The notes: a model not told the origin generated them from the sequence alone. Counted from the stretch's first letter, positions 44,874-55,069 are shown. The stretch is 64,000 nucleotides of DNA from an uncultured Acidobacteriota bacterium (GCA_963720545.1 OY970399.1:32001-96000); one strand, 5' to 3'. A program made the numbers and translations.

Positions 44874-46141
44874 CGGCGGGGCACCAGCTTCAACACGCGG
44901 CCCTCGTCTTCGTCGGTCAGGACGTAGAGCGCGCCGTCCGGTCCCTGGCGAACGTCGCGAATGCGTTCGCGAAGTTCGGTGAGCAGGTGCTCTTCGCCCG
45001 TCACCTTCTCGCCGTCGAGCGTGAGGCGGGTGAGCTGCGCGCTGGCAAGGCCGCCGATGAACAGGCTGCCTTGCCACTCCTTGAACAAGCCTCCGGTGTA
45101 GAAGGCCATGCCGCTCGGCGCGATCACTGGGTCCCAGTAGTAGAGCGGCTGCTCCATGCCCGCCTGCTGCTGGATGCCGGCGCCGATGGGCTGGCCGCCG
45201 TACTCGATGCCGTAGGTGATCGTGGGCCAGCCGTAGTCCTTGCCGGCGCGCGCCACGTTCAGCTCGTCGCCGCCGCGGGCGCCGTGCTCCACTTCCCACA
45301 GCTCGCCGGTCGCGGGGTGGAGGGCCGCGGCCTGCACGTTGCGGTGGCCGTACGACCAGATCTCGGGGCGGACGCCGGGCTTGCCGGCGAACGGGTTGTC
45401 CTTCGGGATCGAGCCGTCGGGATTGATGCGCACGACCTTGCCCAGCAAACCGTCGAGCCGCTGCGCTTGCATGCGGCCCTGCATGATGGAGCGCTCGCCG
45501 AGAGTCACGAACAGCGTCCCGTCGTTGCGAAACACGAGGCGCGAGCCGAAGTGCGCGCTGGAGCGGAGCGACGGCGCCTGGTGGAAGATCACCTGCACGC
45601 CGGCAACGCTCGGGGCGGCGCCTTCGACGAGCTTGCCGCGCGCGACCGCGGTGTTGTTGACGTTGCCCTCGCGCGGCTCCGCGTAGCTCCAGTAAACGAG
45701 GTTGTTGGTCGCGAAGGCGGGATCGAGGGCGATGTCGAGCAGGCCGCCCTGTCCCACCGCACTGACTGGCGGCAGGCCGCTGATCGGCGGGCCGAGCTTG
45801 CCGTCTTTCGCCACGATGCGCAGGCGCCCCGGGCGTTCGGTCACGAGCATGCGGCCGTCGGGCAGGAACGCGAGCCCCCACGGGTGCTCGAGGCCTTCGG
45901 CGACGGTCACCACCACGAAGGCGACACCGGCCTTGCGCTCGGGTGCGCGGGTCTGGCCCGCGAAGGCGGGCTTCTGATTCGGCGCGTTGGGCGCCTCCCG
46001 GTTGAGGCTCTGCCCTGCGGCATCCCCACTGCCACCGCTAATGGCGTCGGCACGCGCGGTGTCGCGAGAGTTCCCGGCACCACAGGCCGCTGCAAACATG
46101 CACATGAGAAGGACGGCGCGTCGCGTCCTTGCTGCGGTCAT
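44870..46141 (-). CDS. PQQ-dependent sugar dehydrogenase (YliI/Asd family), probable lipoprotein
   Basis: [46 protein letters not shown]; lipobox-like FAAAC. Confidence 0.88.
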   Translation of the reverse strand: MTAARTRRAVLLMCMFAAACGAGNSRDTARADAISGGSGDAAGQSLNREAPNAPNQKPAFAGQTRAPERKAGVAFVVVTVAEGLEHPWGLAFLPDGRMLVTERPGRLRIVAKDGKLGPPISGLPPVSAVGQGGLLDIALDPAFATNNLVYWSYAEPREGNVNNTAVARGKLVEGAAPSVAGVQVIFHQAPSLRSSAHFGSRLVFRNDGTLFVTLGERSIMQGRMQAQRLDGLLGKVVRINPDGSIPKDNPFAGKPGVRPEIWSYGHRNVQAAALHPATGELWEVEHGARGGDELNVARAGKDYGWPTITYGIEYGGQPIGAGIQQQAGMEQPLYYWDPVIAPSGMAFYTGGLFKEWQGSLFIGGLASAQLTRLTLDGEKVTGEEHLLTELRERIRDVRQGPDGALYVLTDEDEGRVLKLVPRR

Positions 46142-46230
46142 CGCTGTTGCGCTGTTTCCATCATCACCGTTCCACTGTAATGAGCCGCGCTCGCCGCCGC
46201 AATCGGTGTCATGCCCCTTAAGCTCGGTGC

Positions 46231-47530
46231 ATGGCATCCAAACCGGAGCCGGTCGTTCTCGACATCGGCACGCGCCAGGTGACGGTGACCAATCCGGGGA
46301 AGGTCTATTTCCCGGAGGCCGGCATCACCAAGCTGCAGCTCGTCGAGTACTACCTCGCGGTTGCCGAGGGCGCGCTACGCGGCGCGGGCGGCCGTCCGAA
46401 CGTGCTGGTGCGCTACGCGAACGGCATCCACGGCGAGTTCTTCTACCAGAAGCGCGCGCCCGAATCGCGGCCCGACTGGATCGAGGTGGTCACCCTCAGC
46501 TTTCCCTCGGGCCGCACCGCGGAGGAAGTGGTGCCGCGCGAACCGGCGGCGCTCGCCTGGATGGCCAACCTCGGCTGCCTCGAGCTGCACCCGCACCCGG
46601 TGAGCACCGCCGACCTCGACCATCCCGACGAGCTGCGGATCGACCTCGACCCGATGCCGGGCATCGAGTGGCGGCAGATCACCGACGTGGCGCGCGTGGT
46701 GGGCGAGGTGCTCGCCGACCATGGCCTCGTCGGCTGGCCGAAGACCTCGGGATCGCGGGGCATCCACGTGATCGTGCGCGTGCTTCCGCGCTGGTCGTTC
46801 GCGGAGGTGCGGCGCGCCGCGCTGGCGTTCGCGCGCGAGGTGGAGCGCCGGGCGCCGGGGATCGCCACCAGCAAGTGGTGGAAGGAGGAGCGCCACGGCG
46901 TGTTCCTCGACTACAACCAGAACGCCAAGGACCGCACCGTCTGCAGCGCCTACTCGGTGCGGCCGAAGGCGGACGGCCGGGTGTCGGCGCCGGTCACCTG
47001 GGACGAGCTGTTCGCGTGCGACCCCGGCGACTTCACGCTGCGCACCATGCCCGCGCGCTTCGCGAAGCGTGGGCGACCGCCACGCCGCGATCGACGAGCA
47101 TCCGTGTTCGCTGCAGTCGCTGCTCGAGCTGTCGGCGCGGCAGGAAAAGGAGGGACTCGGCGACGCACCGTGGCCCCCGCACTACGCAAAGGGCGAAGGC
47201 GAACCCCCGCGCGTGCAGCCGTCGAAGCGCAGGAGCACCGGCGCATCGACAGGCCGCCGCGTCTCGAAGAAGCCGCTCCTCGAGATTGCCAAGGCCGCGC
47301 ACAAGGAAGACGCGCTCGCGGGCCTGGAGCGCTGGAAGGGGCGCCACCCGCAGGCCGCGGCGCACCTCGAAGCAGCCGACATCCTGGTCGACTCGATGCG
47401 CGGCCGCTCGTCCACCTGGACGCGCGTGCGCGTGAACCTCGAACACGTGCCCGAAGCGGAGCGGCCGCCGCAGGAACCGCCAGATCCCGACTACGACCCG
47501 TGGAAGGGCGATCACTTTTCCGCCGGGTGA
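46231..47530 (+). CDS. Stand-alone AEP primase-polymerase (LigD-POL / Prim-PolC type) with C-terminal extension; apparent frameshift near 47070
   Basis: [41 protein letters not shown]; continues as [14 protein letters not shown] in the shifted frame. Confidence 0.88.
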
Positions 47531-48592
47531 AAAATCGCGGCGAGTTCGGCGGGCGCAGTGACCTCGAGCTGGTCGTAGCGGCAGGCGGCGGGTGCGCGGT
47601 CGGGGCGCCAGCGCAGGAAGACCGCGGCGTGGCGGAAGCGGTCGCCCTGCAGGTGGTCGTACTTCACCTCGCACACCCTCTCGATGCGCAGCGGCTCCCA
47701 CGACAGGTCCTTGCCGGCGCTCCAGCGGCTCTGGCCGCCGGGCATGCGCTGCGTGCCGCCCTCGGTACTGCGCCCACTCCTTCCACGGGTGCGCCGCGAG
47801 CGCTGTGGCGCGCAGCGGCTCGAGCTCTTCCGCCAGCGCGCGACGCGCGGCCATGGTGAAGGACGACGTGACGCCGACGTGGTGCAGCGTTTCGGAGACG
47901 TCGTACAGCCCGAGAAGCAGCGAGCCGACCAGCGTTCCCGGCCCGTTCTTGTGCCAGCGAAACCCGGCCACGACGCAATCGGCGGTGCGCGCGTGCTTGA
48001 TCTTCAGCATCGTGCGCTTGCCCGGCTCGTAAGCCGCCTGTCGGTGCTTGGCGATGACCCCGTCGAAGCCGGCGCCTTCGAAGCGATGGAACCAGTCGGC
48101 CGCGATCTCGGGTTCGGTGCGGCACGGCGTCAGGTAGAGGCCGTGGCCCTTGCCGGAAACGGCCTGTTCCAGCAGCCGGCGGCGCTCGGCCTGCGGCAGC
48201 GCGCGCAGGTCACGGCTGCCCTCCGCCAGGATGTCGAACGCGACGAACGCCGCCGGGATTTCGGCCGCGAGCTTCTTCACTCGCGAGGCGGCCGGATGCA
48301 GGCGCATCTGCAGCGCGTCGAAGTTGAGGCCGTGGGGAGAGACGATGACGATCTCGCCGTCGACCACGCAGCGTTCCGGCAGGTGCTGCTTGAAGAACGC
48401 GGCTAGCTCGGGGAAATAGCGGTCGAGCGGCTTGAGGTCGCGGCTTTGCGTGTAGACGTTGTCGCCGTCGCGAAACACGATGGCGCGGAAGCCATCCCAC
48501 TTCGGCTCGAACAGCCACTCGCCGTCCTGCGGGATTTCCTCGGCGAGCTTCGCCAGCATCGGCGGGACTGGCGGCTCGATGGGGAACGCCAT
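47512..48592 (-). CDS. ligC: ATP-dependent DNA ligase, LigC type (apparent frameshift near 47764)
   Basis: PMLAK, EPKWDGFR, DGEIV, AFD, TADCVVAGFRWHK, MPGGQSRW, EVKYDH, RWRPDR. Confidence 0.87.
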
Positions 48593-48602
48593 CAGCGCGC
48601 CG

Positions 48603-49481
48603 TCAACGCTTGCCTGCGCGTTCGCGGATGCGATTTTCGGCCGAGTCCCAGCCGGCATCGAGCGGATGGCCGGGTGCGTCGATGTCGATGAGGATGGGCG
48701 CATGGTCGGAGGGGATGGGCTTGCCCTTGCGCGCCTCGCGGTCGATCTCGGCCCAAACCATGCGCTCGGCAACCGGGCGCGTGGCGAGCAGCAGGTCGAT
48801 GCGCATGCCGAAGTTCTTCTGGAAATTGCCGGCGCGATAGTCCCACCAGCTGTAGCGCCGGGCGTCGGGGTTGCGGTGGCGATACGTGTCGACGAGCCCC
48901 CAGTCGCGCAGCGCCGCGACGGCGGCGCGCTCGCGTTCGGAGACGTGGGTGCCGCCATGGCAGGCGCGCGGGTCCCACACGTCTTCGTCGGCGGGCGCCA
49001 CGTTGAAGTCGCCGCCCAGCACCAGGGCACTTGTCGGGTCGGCGTGCTCCTTGAGCCAGCGGTTGAGGCGGTCGAACCACAGCAGCTTCGCTTCGTAGAA
49101 CGTCGAGCCGAGGACCCGGCCGTTGGGGACGTACAGGCTCACAACCCGCACGCCGGCGCAGGTGGCGGCGATCATCCGCGCCTCGGCCAGGGGTTCGTCG
49201 TCGCCGGCGTCCTCGGTGCGCGCCGGCTGCAGCGGCACGCCGAAGTTGGTGACGACATCGGCGATGCCGACGCGGCTCGCGATGGCGACGCCGTTCCAGC
49301 GCCCCTCGCCGTGATGCGCCACCTCGTAGCCGAGGTCGGTGAACAGCATGGTGGGCACGTCGGCGTCGGCGAGCTTCGTCTCCTGCATCAGCAGGACATC
49401 GGGACGAGCGCGGTCGAGCCACCAACGCAGTTTCTCGAAGCGCGCCTTCAGCGAGTTGACGTTCCAGGTGGCGATGCGCAT
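48603..49481 (-). CDS. xth: Exodeoxyribonuclease III
   Basis: MRIATWNVNS, MQETK, YVPNG, GDFNVAP, SWWDYR, RIDL, SDHAP. Confidence 0.92.
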   Translation of the reverse strand: MRIATWNVNSLKARFEKLRWWLDRARPDVLLMQETKLADADVPTMLFTDLGYEVAHHGEGRWNGVAIASRVGIADVVTNFGVPLQPARTEDAGDDEPLAEARMIAATCAGVRVVSLYVPNGRVLGSTFYEAKLLWFDRLNRWLKEHADPTSALVLGGDFNVAPADEDVWDPRACHGGTHVSERERAAVAALRDWGLVDTYRHRNPDARRYSWWDYRAGNFQKNFGMRIDLLLATRPVAERMVWAEIDREARKGKPIPSDHAPILIDIDAPGHPLDAGWDSAENRIRERAGKR

Positions 49482-50134
49482 CAGGCGAGCTTGCGGAGCG
49501 GCGGCAGCTTTGCCGGCCGCGAACCACGGAGCCTTGTGCCCAGCACCGGCGCGTAGGACAGCTCCCTGCCCTGGGCGGCGTGGCGCAGCAGCAGGCCGCC
49601 GCGGCTCATGTCGCCGCGGCCGACGAAGTCGACGGGGAAGACCAGGCGTTCGCCGAGGACTGCGGTGAGGAGTGGCTGGTATTTCGGCGATGCAACGCTG
49701 CCGAGCAGCACGACTTCCGTGTCCGTCCAGGCCGCTTGCAGCGCTTCCACGTCGCGCAGGAACGGCGCGGTGTAGCGCGTTTCGTCGGCGTTGACCGGCA
49801 CGCCCGCGTAGCGTCGGAGATCCTCCGCGCGCACGATGGCTTCTGGCGAGAGCAACCCATCGCACGGCGTGATGACGTGAATGCCACCGCCTGCATAGTT
49901 GCGCGGCAGAGTGCTTGTGTCGCCAAACAGTGGCGGTCTTGCGAATGAGCGCGCGTACGCGAGCTTGCCGCGGAAGTACAAGCTGCTGATGAAGGCGAAG
50001 ACCTCGCCCAGCGGCGCGCCTTCCGGCCGGTGCAGCCGCGCGGCCAGTTCGAACTGGGCCGCTTCGTTTTGCAGATAAGTCGCCCGCTTTCCGGAGCAGT
50101 CTGCCGGCGACAGCAGGAACACCCGGTGCTTCAC
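49481..50134 (-). CDS. Conserved-looking hypothetical protein in the DNA repair operon
   Basis: 217-aa ORF with host-like codon usage; stop overlaps the xth start; FLLSPA, SSLYFRGKLAYA, LLGS, GRGDMSRGGLLL. Confidence 0.8.
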   Translation of the reverse strand: MKHRVFLLSPADCSGKRATYLQNEAAQFELAARLHRPEGAPLGEVFAFISSLYFRGKLAYARSFARPPLFGDTSTLPRNYAGGGIHVITPCDGLLSPEAIVRAEDLRRYAGVPVNADETRYTAPFLRDVEALQAAWTDTEVVLLGSVASPKYQPLLTAVLGERLVFPVDFVGRGDMSRGGLLLRHAAQGRELSYAPVLGTRLRGSRPAKLPPLRKLA

Positions 50135-50235
50135 CCGCGGCGCTCTTTCACCGACACCCCTGCGTTCACCCGACGCCTCCCTTCGTCCACGCTCATCCCT
50201 TCAACCACGCCATTCCCTCAACCACGCCGTTCCTT
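50130..50235. repeat. Degenerate 17-18-bp tandem repeats (about 6 copies) between polX and the next gene
   Basis: Plus-strand units ttcacccgcggcgctct / ttcaccgacacccctgcg / ttcacccgacgcctccc / ttcgtccacgctcatccc / ttcaaccacgccattccc / tcaaccacgccgttcc. Confidence 0.65.
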
Positions 50236-51954
50236 CAGCCACTTCAGGAACTTCTTCTTCGGCCACGTGTTCGCGACCCGGCTCGGATCGACCCACCCTC
50301 GAGTCGCCAGCATCGCACCCCACTCCATGCGGTCCAGTTCGCGCGTGTGATGCGTGTCGGTGCTGATGACGAAGGTGACGTCGAGGCCGCGGGCGCGAAA
50401 CAGCACCTCGCTGGTTGCGTCGAGGCGGCCGAGCGCGGCATTGATCTCGATGGCGGTGTTGGTCTCGACCGCCTTCTTGAGGACTGCATCGATGTCGAGC
50501 TCGACACCGTGACGCTTGCCGATGCGTCGCCCGCTGAGGTGGGCGATGGCATCGACGGTGCAGTCTTCCATGGCTGCCAGGACGCGTCTGGTCTGCGCCT
50601 TGCCGTCGAGCTCGAAGTGCGAGTGGATGCCGGCGACGCACCAGTCGAGCGTGCGGCGAAAACCCTCGTCGTAGTCGACGCGGCCGTCGGCGCCAATGTT
50701 GAGTTCGCTGCCGTGCAGAATCGTCATCTTCGGGAACAGCGGGCGCAGCTTGTCGATCTGCGCGCGCTGTTCGACGAGTCGCTCGCGCGGCACCCCGTTC
50801 ATCGCCAGGTTCTCGGCGTGATCGGTGGTCGACATGTACTCGTAGCCGTGAGCGGCCGCGGCAGCGAGGATTTCCTCGAGCGTGCTCATGCCGTCGCCCG
50901 ACAGTGTCGTGTGCACGTGCAGGTCGCCGCGCATCATCTCCAGGGAGACGTGGGGCGGCAGGTCGTTTTCGGCGCCAAGCTCCACCTCGCCTCGGTCCTC
51001 GCGCATCGGCGGCTCGATGTACGGCAGGCCAAGCGCCTTGTAGATCGACTCTTCGGTTTTCGCCGCAACCACCTTGCCGGAGGCTTCGACGGTGAGCGCA
51101 TACTCGTTGAGCGTCCAGGCCTTGTCGAGAGCGCGCTGCCGCAGCTTGATGTTGTGCGCCTTGGAGCCGGTGAAATAGAGGACGGCGGCGCCGAACTGCT
51201 TCGGCTCGACGACGCGCATGTCGACCTGCAGCCCGGTGGTGGTGAGGACCGAGGTTTTGGTGCCGCCGCTGCCGATGACCTCCTTGACCGTGCCCATGTG
51301 AACGAACGCCTCGGTGACGGCGGCAGGATTCTTCGACGCCACCACGATGTCGATGTCGGCAACGGTTTCCCGCAGGCGGCGCAGGCTGCCGCAGTATTGC
51401 GCGTTCTCGACGAACGGCAGCGCCTGGAGCGCGGCGACGAACTCGCGGGCGATGGGCATGGCTTGCGCGATGGGCGTGCGCTTGTCTTTGCCATGCTCGC
51501 CCATGCGGCCGACCGCGGCGACCAGGTTTTCTTCGGTGCGCTGGCCGAGGCCGCTCATCTTGCGGACCTTCTGCTGCTGTAGCGCGGCGCGCAGGCCGTC
51601 TATGTCGTTGACGCCGAGCTCGGCGCGCAGCCTCAGGAGTGTCTTCGGCCCGAGGCCCGGGATGCGGCTCAGCGCCACGAAGTCGGGCGGATACTTCTGG
51701 CGCAGCGTTTCCAGCTTGGCGATGGTGCCGGTGTCGAAGAACTCGCGGATCTTCTTCGCGGTGCTGCCGCCCACGCCGCCGATGGCGGTGAGCTCCCTCT
51801 CGTTCAGCGTTGACAGGTCGCCACGATACGAGTTGATCGCCTCGACGGCGTTCTCGTATGCGCGCACGCGGAACGACTGCGACGAGCCTTCGTCGAGGAT
51901 GGCGAGCTGTGCGAGTTCCTTGAAAAGCGCGACGAGCGAGCTGTTGCCTGACAC
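50218..51954 (-). CDS. polX: DNA polymerase X / PHP exonuclease
   Basis: HhH motifs GVGG and GLGPK, GSLRR..DIDI, VDMR, FTGSKAHN, LNEY; PHP motifs DLHVHT, TDH, DTH. Confidence 0.93.
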   Translation of the reverse strand: MSGNSSLVALFKELAQLAILDEGSSQSFRVRAYENAVEAINSYRGDLSTLNERELTAIGGVGGSTAKKIREFFDTGTIAKLETLRQKYPPDFVALSRIPGLGPKTLLRLRAELGVNDIDGLRAALQQQKVRKMSGLGQRTEENLVAAVGRMGEHGKDKRTPIAQAMPIAREFVAALQALPFVENAQYCGSLRRLRETVADIDIVVASKNPAAVTEAFVHMGTVKEVIGSGGTKTSVLTTTGLQVDMRVVEPKQFGAAVLYFTGSKAHNIKLRQRALDKAWTLNEYALTVEASGKVVAAKTEESIYKALGLPYIEPPMREDRGEVELGAENDLPPHVSLEMMRGDLHVHTTLSGDGMSTLEEILAAAAAHGYEYMSTTDHAENLAMNGVPRERLVEQRAQIDKLRPLFPKMTILHGSELNIGADGRVDYDEGFRRTLDWCVAGIHSHFELDGKAQTRRVLAAMEDCTVDAIAHLSGRRIGKRHGVELDIDAVLKKAVETNTAIEINAALGRLDATSEVLFRARGLDVTFVISTDTHHTRELDRMEWGAMLATRGWVDPSRVANTWPKKKFLKWLKERRG

Positions 51955-52019
51955 GCTGTCAGTTTAGTTCGCCTCGCGGACATCCCAGGCCCCGGTGGGA
52001 CGGCACTCCCTTCGTTCTT

Positions 52020-52043
52020 GCAACTACGTCCGGACGCAGTTGC
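52020..52043. repeat. 24-bp palindrome (1 mismatch) at the edge of the repeat array
   Basis: gcaactacgtcc|ggacgcagttgc. Confidence 0.8.
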
Positions 52044-52200
52044 CTTTCCGTTTTCCCGAGTCGGCCCATCGCGTGCGACGCGAGCTTGCGTTTTTCCGAG
52101 TGCGTCCATCGCTTGCGACGCGACCTGCCGTTTTCCCGAGTGGATCCATCGCTTGCGCCGTGAGCTTCCGTTTTCCCGAGTGGGTTCATCGCTTGCGCCG
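52041..52200. repeat. Non-coding tandem array of four 40-bp units
   Basis: Exact 40-bp period; conserved blocks CGTTTTYCCGAGT and CATCGCKTGCGMCG. Confidence 0.92.
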
Positions 52201-52280
52201 CTCGCGAGGGATCTCTGACGAAGAAGGGTCCTCTTTGCGATCGGACCCGCCCTGTCACTCGCGCGGCGTACCTTTGCTGC

Positions 52281-53668
52281 ATGGGACACGGGTGCGATCT
52301 GAAGGCGTTGAAAGACGGAGAATTGCGGCGGCGGCTGGTCGCGGCCATCGAATCGTCGCGCGGAACCGAGGCTGGCGTGGTCGCGTGCATCGCCGAGTTC
52401 GATAAACGCAAGCTCTACGCACGCGATGCCTCACCGTCGATGTTCGCCTGGTGTCGTGAGGTGTTGCATTTGTCCGAGGCTGAGGCTTACCTGCGAATCC
52501 GCGCGGCGCGGGCCTCGCGGAAGTATCCGGTCATTCTGAAGATGCTCGCGGATGGACGGCTGCATCTCAGTGCGATCGAAAAGATCGCGCCGTACCTTGA
52601 TAAGGATGGCGCCACGTCGTTGCTGGCGCGAGCGTCTCACCGCTCGAAGCTCGAGATCCAGCAGCTCATCGCCGGGATCGCGCCGCGGCCGGATGTGAAG
52701 CAGTCGTTGCGGCGGTTGCCAGAGGCGCCGGGTGCGACGTCGCCGCCGGCTTCTTTGCTTGATCAAAAGCTGCTGAACGGCGGCATGTCCAGTCCAGTGA
52801 CTACAGTTGGCCGCCTGGTCGATCCGGAGCCGACGGCGGGCGGTCGAGGATCAGGCCTGCTTGCGACGTCAGGAACGAGAACCGCGGCCCCGGCAACCAC
52901 AACCGCAACTGCGGAACCGGCGGGCGCGCTATTCAGCCGTGAGCACGTTGCGGCAGAACCGAATGCGACACCAACGGCTCTGGCGGCGCGCGTCGTGGCA
53001 AGTCGTGGACTGCGTCCGGACGCAGTCGAGCCCCTGTCACCAGGTCGCTACGCGCTGCACCTCACTCTCGATGCGGACCAGCATGCCAGGCTGCAGCGGC
53101 TGCGCGCGCTTACAGGAGGCGTCGATCTGGCGGAGTGATCGATGGTGCCGTGACCAAGGCACTGGAGCAAATCGATGCGCGGCGCTTCGGCAAGATCAAG
53201 CCGAGAGTCAGGGCGCGCGGGACGTCGCGCGCGAAGGCGCTTGTGAATTCGGATTCGCCCGTCGAGATCTGTGCAATCGACGTGGACAGCAAGCGTCAGT
53301 CGCTGCCGGTGGTCCGAGCACAAATGCGAACGGCCGCCGCCGGTGACTCGCAAGGGCCGGGTGCGAGGAGCGCCGCAAGCGCAGGTGGGGCCGTCGAAAC
53401 GCGTGGAGGAGCGTCGCGCCATATTCCTGCGGCCGTGAGGAGGGCTGTGGCAGAGCGCGACGGCAACCAGTGCCGGTTCGTGTCTATAGCCGGGCGGCGC
53501 TGCACGGCTCGAGAATGCCTCGAGTTTCATCACCGGCACCCGTTCGCGTTCGGCGGTACGCACCACCCGGACAACCTGCGCCTGATGTGCCGCACCCACA
53601 ACATGTTGCTGGCCGAGGCCGACTATGGGAAGAAGGCGATGGCGAAGTTCCAGACGGCGGACGGTTGA
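52281..53668 (+). CDS. HNH endonuclease with helical DUF222-like N-terminus (apparent frameshift near 53135)
   Basis: N-terminal IAEFDKRKLY..SMFAWC..LSEAEAYLRIRAAR; C-terminal RHIPAAVRRAV.ERDG.QC..C..LEFHH..GG..DNLRLMCRTHN. Confidence 0.85.
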
Positions 53669-53822
53669 AGATGTGGTGAGGAGATGCTCGGTGAAGATGC
53701 CGCGAGCGTGCGCCAACTCGCCGCAAGCGGTTGTGTGGACGATAACGCTCGCTGGTCCTGTCGCTGCGAGCTACAACGGCGATCCCAATGGTGGATGGCA
53801 GGATGCTGCGAGCGGACGGGTC

Positions 53823-53864
53823 GACTGTGCAGCGACGACGGTGCAGGGAAGACGGTGCAGGGAA
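53823..53864. repeat. 14-bp tandem repeat, three copies
   Basis: gactgtgcagcgac gacggtgcagggaa gacggtgcagggaa. Confidence 0.7.
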
Positions 53865-53978
53865 GATGGATCCGGATGATGCAGCGCGAGGGTGCTTGAG
53901 GACGGTGTCACGGTCAGGAGAGTCTCGACTTGTAGCTGAGAAGCGGGTGTACTGCCTGATAGAGTCGCGTCGGATTCG

Positions 53979-54919
53979 ATGAGCAACCTGGTGGTCGATC
54001 CGCAGGCCGAGCTTTCCGTCAGTGAGCCAGAGCGCGCGCCCGTGTTCGAGGCGCTGCCCGGCAGGGTGACGGATCTTGGCGGACTTGCGATTCGCCGGTT
54101 GTTGCCGCGCGCGAAGCGGCGTCTCGTTGGTCCGTGGTGCTTTCTCGACTCGTATGGGCCGCTGACCTTTTCCTCCGGCAAGCCGATGGACGTGGCGCCA
54201 CACCCGCATATCGGGCTGCAGACGGTGTCGTGGCTGCTCGACGGCGAGGTGTTGCACAACGACAGCCTGGGCAGCACCGGCCTGGCGAAACCCGGAGTGG
54301 TCAACCTGATGACCGCTGGTCGCGGCATTACGCATGCGGAGGAGACGCCGCAGCCCTCGAGCGGCTCGCTGCGCGGCGTGCAATTGTGGGTGGCGCTGCC
54401 GGGTCGGCACCGGGAGACGGCGCCGGCGTTCGAGCAGGTCGAGGCCCCGACGCTCGAATCGGCGGTGGGTCGGTGCGGGTGCTGATGGGGGAACTGTCGG
54501 GGGTGGCATCGCCAGCCCGGGTATTCTCGCCGCTGGTTGCCGCGATGTTGTCCGCGCCAGCGAGCGGGGCCGTCACAGTGCCTCTCGACGTCGCGTTCGA
54601 GCACGCCCTCATCCCGCTCTCTGGGAGCGTGCGCTTCGGCGACGACCCTCTTGCGGTGGACACGCTCTACTACCTGGGCTGCGCGCGCGGCGAGCTGCGG
54701 CTCGATTACGACAGCGCCGGCGACGTGCTGCTGCTTGGCGGCGCACCCTTCGGCGAAGACATCCTGATGTGGTGGAACTTCGTTGCGCGCACCACCGAAG
54801 AGATCGTGGCCGCGCGCGAAGACTGGGAAGCGCAGCGCCGCTTCGGCCCGGTCGCTGCCTACCGCGGCGAGCGCCTGGTCGCGCCGCCGTTCCTCGCGCG
54901 ACCCGTCCCGCGCAGGTGA
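53979..54919 (+). CDS. Pirin family protein (apparent frameshift near 54457)
   Basis: VGPWCFLD, PHPHIGLQTV, MTAGRGITHAE, QLWVALP; LLGGAPF..WWNFV in the shifted frame. Confidence 0.87.
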
Positions 54920-55069
54920 CGGCAACGGCCGAGGTGACAGCAGCGGCGCCGTGCCGCCGAGCCGCCACTGCTCGGTCCCCTCGAGCCGCCACTCGGTGAA
55001 TTGGACGCGAGTCGCCATCGCGAAGTGGATCCGCGCCGCCGGCGGGTGACCGCGAGTGCCTCAGGGTGG

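Noticed and set aside
52041..52200. Calling the 40-bp array a CRISPR array
   Set aside because: The variable segments are only 5-8 nt and resemble each other, there are no unique 25-45-nt spacers, and no cas genes are in the window.
51959..52411. ORFs across the repeat array
   Set aside because: A 40-bp period changes frame in every unit, the ORFs overlap neighbouring genes, and no motifs are evident.
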